Source of the DNA: Vulcanimicrobiota bacterium
GTDB lineage: Bacteria; Vulcanimicrobiota; Vulcanimicrobiia; Vulcanimicrobiales; Vulcanimicrobiaceae
Direction: 5' to 3'
DNA length: 46,361 nt
Assembly (NCBI GenBank): GCA_003135555.1
Contig: PLCF01000058.1
Span: 27,433-73,793 of the forward strand
In this document: positions 16,344-28,173 of the stretch, piece by piece
Numbering within the stretch: the first letter of the stretch is position 1
Layout of the letters: every line of letters begins with the position of its first letter
Notes under the pieces: model-generated
The model's input: the letters and a program-made list of their open reading frames with translations, nothing else
Told to the model about the DNA's origin: nothing
Databases searched by the model: none
Position numbers and translations under genes: made by a program

Positions 16344-17246
16344 ATGAACGACGGTATGGTGGAGATCGCCGGTGGCGAGTTTCTCATGGGATCGGTATCG
16401 TTCTATCCTGAGGAGCGACCGGTACGGCGGCGGCGCGTCGATGGGTTTCGCATCGACCGGCACCACGTGACGAACGACGAGTTCGCGCGGTTCGTCGCGG
16501 CGACCGGCTATGTGACGGTCGCGGAGCGCCCGCTCCAACTCGGCGCTGTGCCGGGCGCGCCGGTGGAGGCGTATCCGGCCGGCTCGCTCGTGTTCCGCCC
16601 GACCGCTGGTCCGGTAGACCTCGGCGACTCGCGTACCTGGTGGGTGTACGTTCCGGGCGCGCAGTGGCGGCATCCGCAGGGGCCCGACAGCTCGCTGGAC
16701 GGGCTGGGCGAGCACCCCGTGGTACACGTCGCGTACGAAGATGCCCAAGCGTATGCAGACTGGGCGGGGAAGGCGCTGCCGACCGAAGCGGAGTGGGAGT
16801 TTGCGGCGCGCGGCGGCCTCGAGGAGAAGCATTTTACCTGGGGTGACGAGCTCGAGCCGAACGGAACGATCATGGCGAATACGTGGCAGGGCGAGTTTCC
16901 GTGGCAGAACACGAAGCGCGACGGGTTCGAGCGCACATCGCCCGCCGGCGCGTTTCCGCCCAACGGGTACGGGCTCTACGATATGGCGGGCAACGCGTGG
17001 GAATGGACGTGTGACTGGTATCGCGCGGACACCGATGCTCCGCCGGTGAGCCCGTGTTGTTCGCCGCCCGACGAAAGCTACGATGCGAGCTCGCCGGAGA
17101 TTCGCATCCCGCGAAAAGTGCTCAAGGGCGGGTCACACTTGTGCGCGCCGAACTACTGCCTGCGCTTTCGACCGGCGGCGCGGATGCCGCAGATGATCGA
17201 CACCGGAATGAGCCACTTGGGCTTTCGTTGCGTACGGCGCGGCTAG
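16344..17246 (+). CDS. Formylglycine-generating enzyme (SUMF1/FGE) family protein
   Basis: F.MGS..YPEERP, HPVVHV, LPTEAEWEFAARGG, NGYGLYDMAGNAWEW, KGGSHLCAPNYCLRFRPAAR, HLGFRC. Confidence 0.92.
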   Translation: MNDGMVEIAGGEFLMGSVSFYPEERPVRRRRVDGFRIDRHHVTNDEFARFVAATGYVTVAERPLQLGAVPGAPVEAYPAGSLVFRPTAGPVDLGDSRTWWVYVPGAQWRHPQGPDSSLDGLGEHPVVHVAYEDAQAYADWAGKALPTEAEWEFAARGGLEEKHFTWGDELEPNGTIMANTWQGEFPWQNTKRDGFERTSPAGAFPPNGYGLYDMAGNAWEWTCDWYRADTDAPPVSPCCSPPDESYDASSPEIRIPRKVLKGGSHLCAPNYCLRFRPAARMPQMIDTGMSHLGFRCVRRG

Positions 17247-17250
17247 TGTG

Positions 17251-18183
17251 CTAGTGCCGCGACGAGGCCAGTACTGAGATCGCCTGCATCACGATCCCGA
17301 CGCGGCCGCCGCGCGGCGTGCACGAATCGCGCGGGACCCCGATGATCGGCCCGACGGCGCCGCCGAGCGTTCCGCCTCCCGGGATCCGTTCATTCCAAAT
17401 TCCGCCGGGGTTGGTGGGCGGAGTCTTCACGCCGCCGCCCGACCCGGGATCGGGCGCGCCGCCGGCGGTCGCCGTGGTCGTCGCCGGTTCGGTGCTCGAA
17501 GCCGTCGCGGTTTCGGTTGCCGTCGCGGGCTCGCTACGCGGGCGCGTGCGCGGAGCCGGTTCGGCGGCCGTCGCGGTATTCGATCGCGCATGCGATATGG
17601 GGTGGGTCGCCTCCCAGGCCGTGAGCTGTTCGGCTGCGGTCTGCGGTGCGGCCGCCGGCGCTCGCAGCGGCGCCGGCTGAGCTGCGTGGGCGTGGACCTG
17701 CGCACGTAAGGGCGCAGCTTGGTGCGCCGGTGCCGCGTGCGTTGCGGGGAGCGGCGCCGCATGGTAGACGACCACCGGCGCGCTCGCGGCGTGCGCAACC
17801 GGCACGTTTACGGCGTGCGCAACCGGCGCGCTTGCGTGGCTCGGTAGCGCGTGCGGCGTGCGGTGGCGCGCCACGGGCGGTGCGTGCCGGATCGGAAGCG
17901 CCGCGCCGGCCGCGGAATGCGCGGCGCTCGGTGCTGCAGCGTGTCCGCGCGAGTTATCGTAGACGAAGTAACCGGCGGCGATCGATACCGCAGCCGTCAC
18001 GGCGAGCAGTGCGGTGCCGAAACGGCGCGTCGTCCAGGCCAGAATCTCGCGTTGCGTTCGTGGCGGCTCCGGCGCGAAAAGCGCAGGATTGTCGCGTATC
18101 AGCAGTTCGGCGAGGAACGGATCCTCGAGCGAAGCGAGACGCTCGTCGAGAGTGTCCGGTTTGGAGGGTAGCTCAACTAGCAT
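17251..18183 (-). CDS. Hypothetical Ala/Pro/Thr-rich membrane-anchored protein
   Basis: Single TM (ALLAVTAAVSIAAGYFVY) followed by a long low-complexity tail; fills the gap between neighbouring genes. Confidence 0.65.
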   Translation of the reverse strand: MLVELPSKPDTLDERLASLEDPFLAELLIRDNPALFAPEPPRTQREILAWTTRRFGTALLAVTAAVSIAAGYFVYDNSRGHAAAPSAAHSAAGAALPIRHAPPVARHRTPHALPSHASAPVAHAVNVPVAHAASAPVVVYHAAPLPATHAAPAHQAAPLRAQVHAHAAQPAPLRAPAAAPQTAAEQLTAWEATHPISHARSNTATAAEPAPRTRPRSEPATATETATASSTEPATTTATAGGAPDPGSGGGVKTPPTNPGGIWNERIPGGGTLGGAVGPIIGVPRDSCTPRGGRVGIVMQAISVLASSRH

Positions 18184-18223
18184 GTCGGGCCTCGTCTTCG
18201 CGCGGCGCTGTTTTGGTGCAACG

Positions 18224-18535
18224 CTACGGAGTCACGCTGAGACTCCGCTGGGGATTCGGCTTACCTTCATCGTCGATGAAATGCAAGTGGTCGGCGCGGC
18301 GCAAGATGACCATGCGTTTGGTCGCCGGCGTGCGTTCGAAGAGCGCGTACATTCCGGCCAGGGGCAGCGAGACGTCGTCCTCGGCCACCAGGTACAACAC
18401 GGGTACGTCGCGCGTCCAACCGAAGGTGAGGCGCACCCGCAGAATCCCCGGTTTGGATTGCGAGGCTCCGGCCGGCGCGAGCGCTGCCACGGCGCGAATT
18501 CGCGGCTCTTCGGCAGTTGCGGCGAGCGCCGTCAC
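18224..18535 (-). pseudogene. C-terminal fragment of an alpha/beta hydrolase
   Basis: TALAATAEEPRIRAVAALAP...VPVLYLVAEDD...ADHLHF retains the acid and His; the GxSxG nucleophile and N-terminus are missing. Confidence 0.6.
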
Positions 18536-18624
18536 CCGTCGTGAGTATCGACCGTTCTTTTCGGCGCCCGCGTCTCCGATGGATCGAGAGGGTGGGGGCC
18601 GAATTGCTCCCACGGGGGTAGTGC

Positions 18625-19584
18625 ATGTTTCATCGTTCGCTGGTCGTCGTTGCTCTGGCCACCCTGGTATCCGCGTGCGGCGGCGGCGGCGCGACGTCGT
18701 CGCAAACGTCGTTCGCGACGCCCACTCCTACCCCGGTTCCGACCTCGACCCCGTTTGCGGGACCGCAGTATCTCTACGTCGCGAAAACCTCGCCGCCCAG
18801 CGGCATCATGCAGTACGCGCTCCCGTTGACCGCGAGCTCGATGCCGAACTTCACGCTGCCGTTCGACAATGTCAGGTCCCTGGCGTTCGACGCGAGCGGA
18901 GACCTGGCGGCCGCCGACTCGACGGGGCACGTAAAGTTCTTCCCGCCGCCGCTGTCCGCGACGAGCACGCCGGCGGTGTCGTTCAACACCGGCACCGGCT
19001 TCGCCGGTATTGCGGCATTCAACGGTGCGGGCGACTTGTTCGTCACGGCCGCGAACGGGGTGAACGTGTTCGCGCACCCCTTCACGAGTGCGAGCACCCC
19101 GTCGGCGTTCATTACCGCGCCGTCGATCAGGTCGTCGTTCGCGCTCGCGTTCGACGCGGCACAAAACCTGTACGTCGCGGCCGACACGGGCAAGATGAGC
19201 CTGTTGGTTTTCGCCCCGCCGTACTCGGGAACACCGGTCATCACGCCGGGAGTCGACGTCGTCACGCCCTACGAGAGCATCGCTGTCAGCGCGAATCAGG
19301 TGATCGCACCGGCCTTGCACCTGCCGGGAAGGGTCGACGTGTACGGCTTGCCGCTCACGGCGGCGAGCACGCCGAACGCCGGGATCGAAAGCGGTTCCGG
19401 AGGCATCAACGGGCCGAACTCGGTCGCGCTCGATGCGGCCGGCAATCTCTACGTCATGAACACCGGCAATGGGTCGGTGACGGTGTACTCGCTGCCGATC
19501 CCAACCGGAGGTGGTCTGCCGACGGTCACCCTGCAGATGCCCGCCGGAACCTTCAACTTCTGGGGGATCGCGGTCGGGAGGTGA
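18625..19584 (+). CDS. Lipoprotein with NHL/beta-propeller-like repeats
   Basis: Lipobox LVSAC-GGGG, PT linker, repeats SLAFDASGDL / AFNGAGDLFV / LAFDAAQNLYV / VALDAAGNLYV. Confidence 0.8.
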   Translation: MFHRSLVVVALATLVSACGGGGATSSQTSFATPTPTPVPTSTPFAGPQYLYVAKTSPPSGIMQYALPLTASSMPNFTLPFDNVRSLAFDASGDLAAADSTGHVKFFPPPLSATSTPAVSFNTGTGFAGIAAFNGAGDLFVTAANGVNVFAHPFTSASTPSAFITAPSIRSSFALAFDAAQNLYVAADTGKMSLLVFAPPYSGTPVITPGVDVVTPYESIAVSANQVIAPALHLPGRVDVYGLPLTAASTPNAGIESGSGGINGPNSVALDAAGNLYVMNTGNGSVTVYSLPIPTGGGLPTVTLQMPAGTFNFWGIAVGR

Positions 19585-19696
19585 GCGGGGGCTGAGCCGG
19601 CGACGGCGGCCGGCCCAGGAAGGGTGGGCCCACGGGGCGGTGGAAGTCCGAATTCCTTAGGTCACACCGCGCAAGCGTCTGATTGGAGTGGATCGT

Positions 19697-20461
19697 ATGC
19701 GTGTGAAGTCATTCTTGCTCGTCGCAGCTCTGGCCGCGTTGAGCGCCTCGCCGGCTCTGGCGCAGAACGCGGCGCCGCCCGGGAATGCACCGCCGGCGGT
19801 CCGGCCGCCGGCCATGGACGCCGCCTATCCGTTGGGCACCGCGTATCGCGACATCGGGCGGGCCGAACAGGCCGGCGCGACGGGTCATTACATCGACGCC
19901 GCGCGGTCGCACTACCGCGCCGGGATCGACCGGTACGGGCGCAACGACGACGCCGGTGCGGCGGCCGAGGCCCGCGCCGCGTCCGACCTCGCGCGCGTCG
20001 CGCTCGACGAGCGGCCGGCGCCCGATCGCAGCGGGCCCAAGGACGTCCCGGCCCCACCCTCGCCACGGCCGATGCCGGGTGGGTCGCACGACGGCGGCGC
20101 TCCGGGCGCCATGGTGCACGTCCGGAGCGCGATGCCACGCATCGAGGGGATGCCGTTCTTCTCGTTCGGCGGCGACGGAGCGCTCATGGGGATGCGCCGG
20201 GGCGGCTACGACGCGACGCGGCTGGCTGAGATCTTGAAGGTCGAGACGGGTGCCGAAGCGCGGCAGCTCGCGCAGGGCGCGGTCGACGCGAACGGTGCGG
20301 CCCAGCGTGCCGCGTTGGCGGGCAACGTGAGCGAAGCGGCGCGCCAGACGCGCATCAGCGACGACTTGGCCGCCGCCGTGCGCGACATCGCCGCGATCAA
20401 TCATCCGGAGCTGCGCAACGGGACGCGGATGCTCCGCATCGAGCGCAGCATGTCGATGTAA
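19697..20461 (+). CDS. Hypothetical secreted helical protein
   Basis: GGAG RBS; Sec signal ending ALA-Q; Ala-rich helices. Confidence 0.7.
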   Translation: MRVKSFLLVAALAALSASPALAQNAAPPGNAPPAVRPPAMDAAYPLGTAYRDIGRAEQAGATGHYIDAARSHYRAGIDRYGRNDDAGAAAEARAASDLARVALDERPAPDRSGPKDVPAPPSPRPMPGGSHDGGAPGAMVHVRSAMPRIEGMPFFSFGGDGALMGMRRGGYDATRLAEILKVETGAEARQLAQGAVDANGAAQRAALAGNVSEAARQTRISDDLAAAVRDIAAINHPELRNGTRMLRIERSMSM

Positions 20462-20468
20462 TCGGTCC

Positions 20469-20502
20469 ATCCCGAGCTCCGTCGAGGGTGACGGGGCTCG
20501 GG
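20469..20502. repeat. REP-like element forming a 13-bp hairpin upstream of the lig operon
   Basis: CCCGAGCTCCGTC-gagggt-GACGGGGCTCGGG; the left part resembles the reverse complement of 28055-28075. Confidence 0.45.
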
Positions 20503-20530
20503 GGCGCGATTGGGGAAGCTCGGGCCCCCT

Positions 20531-21238
20531 ATGGGCGGGATCGTGGTTCGGAAGATTGAGCGCTCGCCGGCAGCGCAGCTCGCGCCGTTGGCCGAGCGCG
20601 GCGTCGCGACCGTTCACGAGGCGCTGGGCCGCACCGGCTTGATGGCCGCGTACATGCGACCCATCTACCCGGGCGCATCGATCGCCGGCAACGCCGTGAC
20701 CGTCACCGTCGCGCCGGGCGACAATACGATGATCCACGTCGTGGTCGAGCTGTGCCAGGCCGGCGACGTCGTGGTCGTCGTCCCCACCTCGCCCTGCGAG
20801 GACGGATACTTCGGCGACCTCTTCGGCGGTGCGCTCAAGGCGCGCGGCGTGCTCGGTGTCGTCATCGAAGCCGGTTGCCGCGACATTCGCACGCTCAAGG
20901 AGATGGTGTTTCCGGTGTGGTCCAAGGCCGTGTTCGCGCAGGGCACGGTCAAGGAAACGCTCGGCGACATCAACCTGCCGCTGGTGTGCGCCGGGCGCAG
21001 GGTCGAGCCCGGCGATGCGATCGTCGCCGACGACGACGGCGTTTTGGTGGTCCCGCGCGCCCGCATCGTCGAGGCGCTTGACGCCTCGCGCGCCCGCATC
21101 GACAAAGAAGCGACGAACCGGCGCCGCTTCGCCGCCGGTGAAGTCGGTTTGGACGTCTACGGCATGCGCGAGAAGTTGGCGGGCAAGGGCCTCGCCTACT
21201 ACGACGATGCAGCCGCGCTCGACGGTGTTCGCCGGTGA
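20531..21238 (+). CDS. ligK: 4-carboxy-4-hydroxy-2-oxoadipate (CHA/HMG) aldolase
   Basis: GVATVHEA.GR.GLM..YMRPIY, PGDN.MIHV.VE.C, GYFGDL, RD, AQGTVKETLG, ADDDGV. Confidence 0.93.
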   Translation: MGGIVVRKIERSPAAQLAPLAERGVATVHEALGRTGLMAAYMRPIYPGASIAGNAVTVTVAPGDNTMIHVVVELCQAGDVVVVVPTSPCEDGYFGDLFGGALKARGVLGVVIEAGCRDIRTLKEMVFPVWSKAVFAQGTVKETLGDINLPLVCAGRRVEPGDAIVADDDGVLVVPRARIVEALDASRARIDKEATNRRRFAAGEVGLDVYGMREKLAGKGLAYYDDAAALDGVRR

Positions 21239-22335
21239 TGCAGACCGCGATTGCGTGCACGCTCATGCGCGGCGGAACGTCCAAAGGTCCGTTCTTTCTG
21301 GCCTCCGACTTGCCGGCGGACGCCGCGCAACGCGACCGCGTGCTGCTGGCGCTCATGGGCTCGCCGGACGCGCGCCAGATCGACGGCCTGGGCGGCGCGG
21401 ACTCGCTCACCAGTAAGGTCGCGGTCGTCGGCCCGCCCAGCCGTCCCGATGCCGACGTCGACTACCTCTTCTTGCAGGTCGTCGTCAACGAGCCGCGCGT
21501 CGATACATCGCAGAACTGCGGCAACATGCTCGCCGGGATCGGGCCCTTCGCGATCGAGAACGGGCTCGTCGCCGCGACTGCAGACGTGACGCAGGTGCGG
21601 ATCCACATGGTCAACACGGCGAGCATCGCGGTCGCGCACGTGCAGACGCCGGGTGGCCGGGTCCGTTACGACGGCGAGGCGCGCATCGACGGGGTTCCCG
21701 GTACCGCCGCACCGATCGTGATCGATTTCCTCGACATCGCGGGCTCGAGCACCGGCGGCGCGCTGCTGCCCACCGGCAACCCACGCGATGTGGTCGAGGG
21801 GATCGACGCCACGTTGATCGACAACGGCATGCCGGTCGTTGTGATGCGCGCCTCGGATTTTGGCAAGACCGGGCGCGAATCGCCGGCCGAGCTCGAAGCC
21901 GACGCCGCGCTCAAGGCCCAGGTTGAGAAGGTGCGTCTGGCCGCCGGGCGGCTCATGAACTTGGGTGACGTCACCAAGAAGACCGTGCCGAAGATGTGTC
22001 TGGTATCGCCACCGTCCAACGGCGGCGCGGTATCGACGCGCAACTTCATCCCGCACACCGTGCACAAGGCGATCGGCGTCTTCGGCGCCGTCAGCGTGGC
22101 GACGGCGTGCGCGTACCCCGGGACCGTTGCCGCCGACGTCGCCGCCGGCGGCGCGCTGCTGGGCGAGCGCAGCCTGGAGATCGAGCACCCGACGGGGTTC
22201 TTCACCGTCGAGCTGCGCCTGGTGAACGACAACGGCAAGCCGCGCGTCGAGCGCGCCGCGCTGCTGCGCACGGCCCGCGTGCTCATGGCCGGCGAGGTCT
22301 TCGTCCCGGGCACGGTCTGGGACGGGCAACGGTGA
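21238..22335 (+). CDS. ligU: 4-oxalomesaconate tautomerase (PrpF family)
   Basis: MRGGTSKG, GSPDARQIDGLGGA.SLTSKVA, QNCGN, IDNGMP, VPKM, EHPTG, RTAR. Confidence 0.92.
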   Translation: MQTAIACTLMRGGTSKGPFFLASDLPADAAQRDRVLLALMGSPDARQIDGLGGADSLTSKVAVVGPPSRPDADVDYLFLQVVVNEPRVDTSQNCGNMLAGIGPFAIENGLVAATADVTQVRIHMVNTASIAVAHVQTPGGRVRYDGEARIDGVPGTAAPIVIDFLDIAGSSTGGALLPTGNPRDVVEGIDATLIDNGMPVVVMRASDFGKTGRESPAELEADAALKAQVEKVRLAAGRLMNLGDVTKKTVPKMCLVSPPSNGGAVSTRNFIPHTVHKAIGVFGAVSVATACAYPGTVAADVAAGGALLGERSLEIEHPTGFFTVELRLVNDNGKPRVERAALLRTARVLMAGEVFVPGTVWDGQR

Positions 22336-23351
22336 TCATCGACTGTCACGGGCACTACACGACGGCGCCGAGCCCGCTCCAAGCGTTCCGCGATCGCCAG
22401 ATCGCCGCGCTCGACGGGTCGGCGGCCGCGCCGTCGCCGGACGACATCCGGATCAGCGACGACCAGATCCGCGAGAGCCTGGAGAACGCCCAGCTCAAGC
22501 TGCAGCGCGAACGCGGCACCGACCTCACGATCTTCTCGCCGCGGGCCTCGGCGATGGCGCACCATGTGGGTACCGAGCAGACCAGCTTGGCCTGGTCGCG
22601 GGCATGCAACGACCTCATCGCGCGCGTCTGCACGCTCTACCCCGAGAAGTTCGCCGGGGTCTGTCAACTGCCGCAATCGCCGGGCGTCCCGCCCGCCAAC
22701 AGCGTCCTCGAGCTGGAGCGGTGCGTCAACGAGTTGGGCTTCATCGGCTGCAATCTCAATCCCGACCCGTCGGGCGGACACTGGGACGGCCCGCCGCTCA
22801 CCGACCGCCACTGGTACCCACTCTACGAGAAGATGGTCGAGCTCGACGTGCCGGCGATGGTTCACGTCAGCTCGTCGTGCAACCCGAACTTCCACGCGAC
22901 CGGCGCGCACTACATCAACGCCGACACGACCGCGTTCATGCAGTTTCTCACCTCCGACCTGTTCCGTGATTTCCCGGCGCTGCGCTTCGTCATCCCGCAC
23001 GGCGGCGGCGCCGTGCCGTACCACTGGGGGCGCTATCGCGGCCTCGCGCAGGACATGCGCAAGCCGCCACTCGACGAGCTGCTTCTGAACAACGTCTTCT
23101 TCGACACCTGCGTGTACCATCTGCCGGGGATCGAGCTGTTGCTCAAGGTGATCCCGGCCCGGAACATCCTGTTCGGCTCGGAGATGGTCGGCGCGGTGCG
23201 CGGGATCGATCCGCAGACCGGACACTCCTACGACGACACCAAACGTTACCTCGACGCGCTGCCGCTGGGCGCCGAGGTTCGACAGCAGATCTTCGAGGCC
23301 AACGCCGTGCGCGTGTATCCGCGCCTCGCGGCCAAACTCGCCGGAAGGTAA
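22332..23351 (+). CDS. ligJ: 4-oxalomesaconate hydratase
   Basis: IIDCHGHYTTAP, IFSPRASAMAHH, LPQSPG, NPDPSGG, HYINADTT, PHGGGAVPYHWGR, SEMVGAVRG. Confidence 0.95.
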   Translation: MIIDCHGHYTTAPSPLQAFRDRQIAALDGSAAAPSPDDIRISDDQIRESLENAQLKLQRERGTDLTIFSPRASAMAHHVGTEQTSLAWSRACNDLIARVCTLYPEKFAGVCQLPQSPGVPPANSVLELERCVNELGFIGCNLNPDPSGGHWDGPPLTDRHWYPLYEKMVELDVPAMVHVSSSCNPNFHATGAHYINADTTAFMQFLTSDLFRDFPALRFVIPHGGGAVPYHWGRYRGLAQDMRKPPLDELLLNNVFFDTCVYHLPGIELLLKVIPARNILFGSEMVGAVRGIDPQTGHSYDDTKRYLDALPLGAEVRQQIFEANAVRVYPRLAAKLAGR

Positions 23352-23354
23352 CCG

Positions 23355-24229
23355 TTGGACGCCGACTACCGCCCGTTTCACCCCAACCCGTCGAAGCCGC
23401 GGTACGTCCCGCCGCCGGGCGCCGTCGACGCGCACTGCCACGTGTTCGGGCCGGCCGCCACGTTTGCGTACGCCCCCGAACGCAAATATACGCCGTGCGA
23501 TGCACCCAAGGAGGCGTTGTTCGAGCTGCGCGACTTCTTGGGCTTCGAGCGCAACGTGATCGTGCAAGCGAGCTGCCACGGCCGTGACAACGCCGCGCTC
23601 GTCGACGCGCTCGGCGCAGCGAACGGGAGAGCCAAGGGTGTCGCCGTCGTGCGGCCCGACATCGGCGACGACGAGCTCGCGGCACTCGACGCGGCCGGCG
23701 TGCGCGCCGTGCGCTTCAACTTCGTCAAACGGCTGGTCGACGCGACGCCGCGCGAGAACTACCTGCGGATCGCCGACAAGATCGCCCCGCTGGGCTGGCA
23801 CATCGTCGTGTATTTCGAGGCGCCCGATTTGGAGTCGTTGACGCCCTTCATCACCTCGCTGCCGGGGACGATCGTGGTCGATCACATGGGCCGGCCCGAC
23901 ATCGCCAAGGGCGTCGCGCACCCGGACTTCGGCCGCTTCGTGCAGCTCCTCGCCGACCACGACAACATCTGGAGCAAGGTGAGCTGCCCGGAGCGGCTCA
24001 CCGTGGCCGGGCCGCCCTACGACGATGTCGTGCCGTTCGCGCGAACGCTGGTCGAACGGTTTCCCGACCGCGTGCTGTGGGGTACGGATTGGCCGCACCC
24101 CAACATGACGTGGATCGTCCCCGACGACGGCGAGCTCGTCGACGTGATCCCACGTATCGCGCCGACGCCCGCGCTGCAGCAGGCGCTCCTCGTCGACAAT
24201 CCCAACCGTCTGTACTGGTCCGCGCAACG

Positions 24230-24233
<4 letters not shown>
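23355..24233 (+). CDS. ligI: 2-pyrone-4,6-dicarboxylate hydrolase
   Basis: GAVDAHCHVFGP, ERKYTPCDA, VQASCHG.DN, RFNFVKRLVD, DHMGRP, WGTDWPHPN. Confidence 0.95.
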
Positions 24234-26415
<2,182 letters not shown>

Positions 26416-26419
<4 letters not shown>

Positions 26420-27198
26420 CCGTGATCGCGGTGCTCGGCCTGGGTGAGGCCGGTTCGCTCATCGCGCGCGATCTCGCGCGCGGCGGCGCGGCCGTGCGCG
26501 GCTGGGACCCCGAGCCGCACGGCGATCTGAGCGGTATTCCGTTCGCCCCCAACTTTGCCGCGGCGGTCGAGGGAGCCGACGTCGTGCTGTCGGTCAACTG
26601 GGCCAGCGTCGCGCTCGACGTCGCGCGCGAGGCGCTGCCGCTGCTGCGGCGCGGCTGCGTGTACGCCGACCTCAACACCGCCGGGCCCAGCCTCAAGCTC
26701 CAGCTCGCGGCGATCGTCGCGCCCAGCGGCGCAGCGTTCGTCGACATTGCGATGATGACGCCCGTCCCGCCGCTGGGGATTCGCGTGCCGATGTTCCTTT
26801 CCGGCGCCGGATCGAACGCGCTCGCGGAGGTGCTGCGCCCGTTCGGGACGCCGATCGAGATCGTGGGGGCGCAGCCCGGTGAGGCTGCGGCGCGCAAGCT
26901 CACCCGCTCGGTGTTTTTCAAAGGGATGTCGGCGGCGGTGTGTGAGGCGCTCGAAGCGGCCCGCGCGGCGGGCGTCGAGGAATGGCTGCGCGGCGACATC
27001 GCAGCGACGTTCAGCGCCGCCGACGCGACCTTGCTCGACCGCATCATCGACGGTACGCACAAGCATGCGAAACGGCGCGCCCACGAGATGCGCGATGCTG
27101 CGAACCTGCTCGACGAGCTCGCGGTACGCGCGCCGATCACCCGCGCGACGGTGGAGTCGCTCGAACGGCTCGTTGCCGACCGTCAGGTGTCGCGGTAG
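26416..27198 (+). CDS. NAD(P)-dependent oxidoreductase (6PGDH-like, DUF1932-type C-terminus)
   Basis: GLGEAG, YADLNT..P..K, KLTRSVFFKG, HAKRRAHEM; translationally coupled to ligC. Confidence 0.85.
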
Positions 27199-27944
27199 AC
27201 GCGCTTGAGCAGACCGGTTCGGACGAACGCGAACTGGGCCGCCGAACGTTCGGCCGGCGAATCCGGTGCGGTCTTGAACACGGCGCGCCCGGTGCCGCGC
27301 TGGTGTGCGATTCCAAGTCGCGCTGCCAGCAGCGCGCGGTGGACTCCGCGGCCCCGAAAGCCCGGCAACACCGCGGCCGAGTAGAGCAGCGCGGTGTCGC
27401 TGGTGATCCCCAGCGCGGCCGCCCCGGCGTCGTTCCCATCGACGGTCGCGATCACCAGCGCATGCGCTGCGGCGGCGTTCACCGCGGCCGTGCGGAGCAG
27501 CAGCCCGGAATCGGCGAGGGTATCGGCGGCGGCGCGCGCGACGAGGTCGGCCCAGCGCGCGCGGTCGGTCGTCGTGCGGACGGGGATTCCGCCCGGCGCG
27601 GCCGGCGGACCGATCGTGGCTTCCAGCCCGGCCAAGGTGGGGCCGAACTCGGCGTATCCACGCGCGCTCAAGAGGGCCGCATCGCGTTCTAGGACGCTTG
27701 CTTCGACCTCGAACCGGGCCGGTGCGCCGCGCGCCGCGTAGAAGCTCTCGGCGACGGTGAGGTCGTCGTCGCGGAGCGGCCGCGCCGAGCCGGCGCCGAC
27801 CGCATAGTCGATCAACGTTCCGGCGACGAAGAGCGCGTAGCCGCCGGCGACAGCGACCGCTCCGTCGCCCGCGGTGGCCGCCTCGACGTTGCGGTTCCGT
27901 AGGAAGGCGGCCCAGAAAGCCGCCTCGGCCGTACCGGCGCTCAT
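27183..27944 (-). CDS. GNAT family N-acetyltransferase
   Basis: C-terminal AAVLPGFRGRGVHRALL acetyl-CoA motif A; ATG at 27944. Confidence 0.8.
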   Translation of the reverse strand: MSAGTAEAAFWAAFLRNRNVEAATAGDGAVAVAGGYALFVAGTLIDYAVGAGSARPLRDDDLTVAESFYAARGAPARFEVEASVLERDAALLSARGYAEFGPTLAGLEATIGPPAAPGGIPVRTTTDRARWADLVARAAADTLADSGLLLRTAAVNAAAAHALVIATVDGNDAGAAALGITSDTALLYSAAVLPGFRGRGVHRALLAARLGIAHQRGTGRAVFKTAPDSPAERSAAQFAFVRTGLLKRVYRDT

Positions 27945-27946
27945 CG

Positions 27947-27976
27947 TTGACGGCCTGCCATGCCGCGTGATATAAG
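27947..27976 (+). promoter_or_regulatory. Sigma70-type promoter of rplJ-rplL
   Basis: TTGACG-18 nt-TATAAG with TGn extension, immediately before the L10 leader. Confidence 0.7.
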
Positions 27977-27986
27977 GTGCTTTGGC

Positions 27987-28053
27987 TCCAATGACCGCAG
28001 GTCGACCTCCGGGTCGATAATGTGTGCTCCCACGAACACACGCCTGCCGAGGA
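27987..28053 (+). ncRNA. Ribosomal protein L10 leader
   Basis: UCC-AAUGAC-C-GCAGG...UAAU...CCUGC-CGA-GGA matches the kink-turn core of the L10 leader and lies upstream of rplJ. Confidence 0.85.
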
Positions 28054-28054
28054 C

Positions 28055-28090
28055 GTCCTTCGACAAGCTCAGGACAGGCTGGAATGACGG
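28055..28090 (-). repeat. CGTC-type REP-like element within the rplJ leader
   Basis: Minus strand CCGTCATTCC-AGC-CTGTCCTGAGCTTGTCGAAGGAC with an internal GTCCT/AGGAC stem; resembles dispersed palindromic repeats by recall. Confidence 0.55.
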
Positions 28091-28121
28091 CAACGTCGCC
28101 GGCTCGTCGAGAGAGAAGGAG

Positions 28122-28156
28122 ACGCCTCGCCCCTGTCGGCGGAGGCGTTTTTGTTT
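28122..28156 (+). terminator. Intrinsic terminator/attenuator upstream of rplJ
   Basis: ACGCCTC-GCC...GGC-G-GAGGCGT stem followed by TTTTGTTT, 17 nt before the ATG. Confidence 0.75.
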
Positions 28157-28173
28157 CCCTCCCGGAGCACACG

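Noticed and set aside
17789..17827. 15-nt direct repeat GCGTGCGCAACCGGC
   Set aside because: Explained by the PVAHA peptide repeat in the low-complexity protein.
18589..19660. Short shared words (AGGGTGGG, CCCACGGGG, CCGAATT) on both sides of the lipoprotein gene
   Set aside because: Order and spacing differ between the two sites; plausible by chance in GC-rich DNA.
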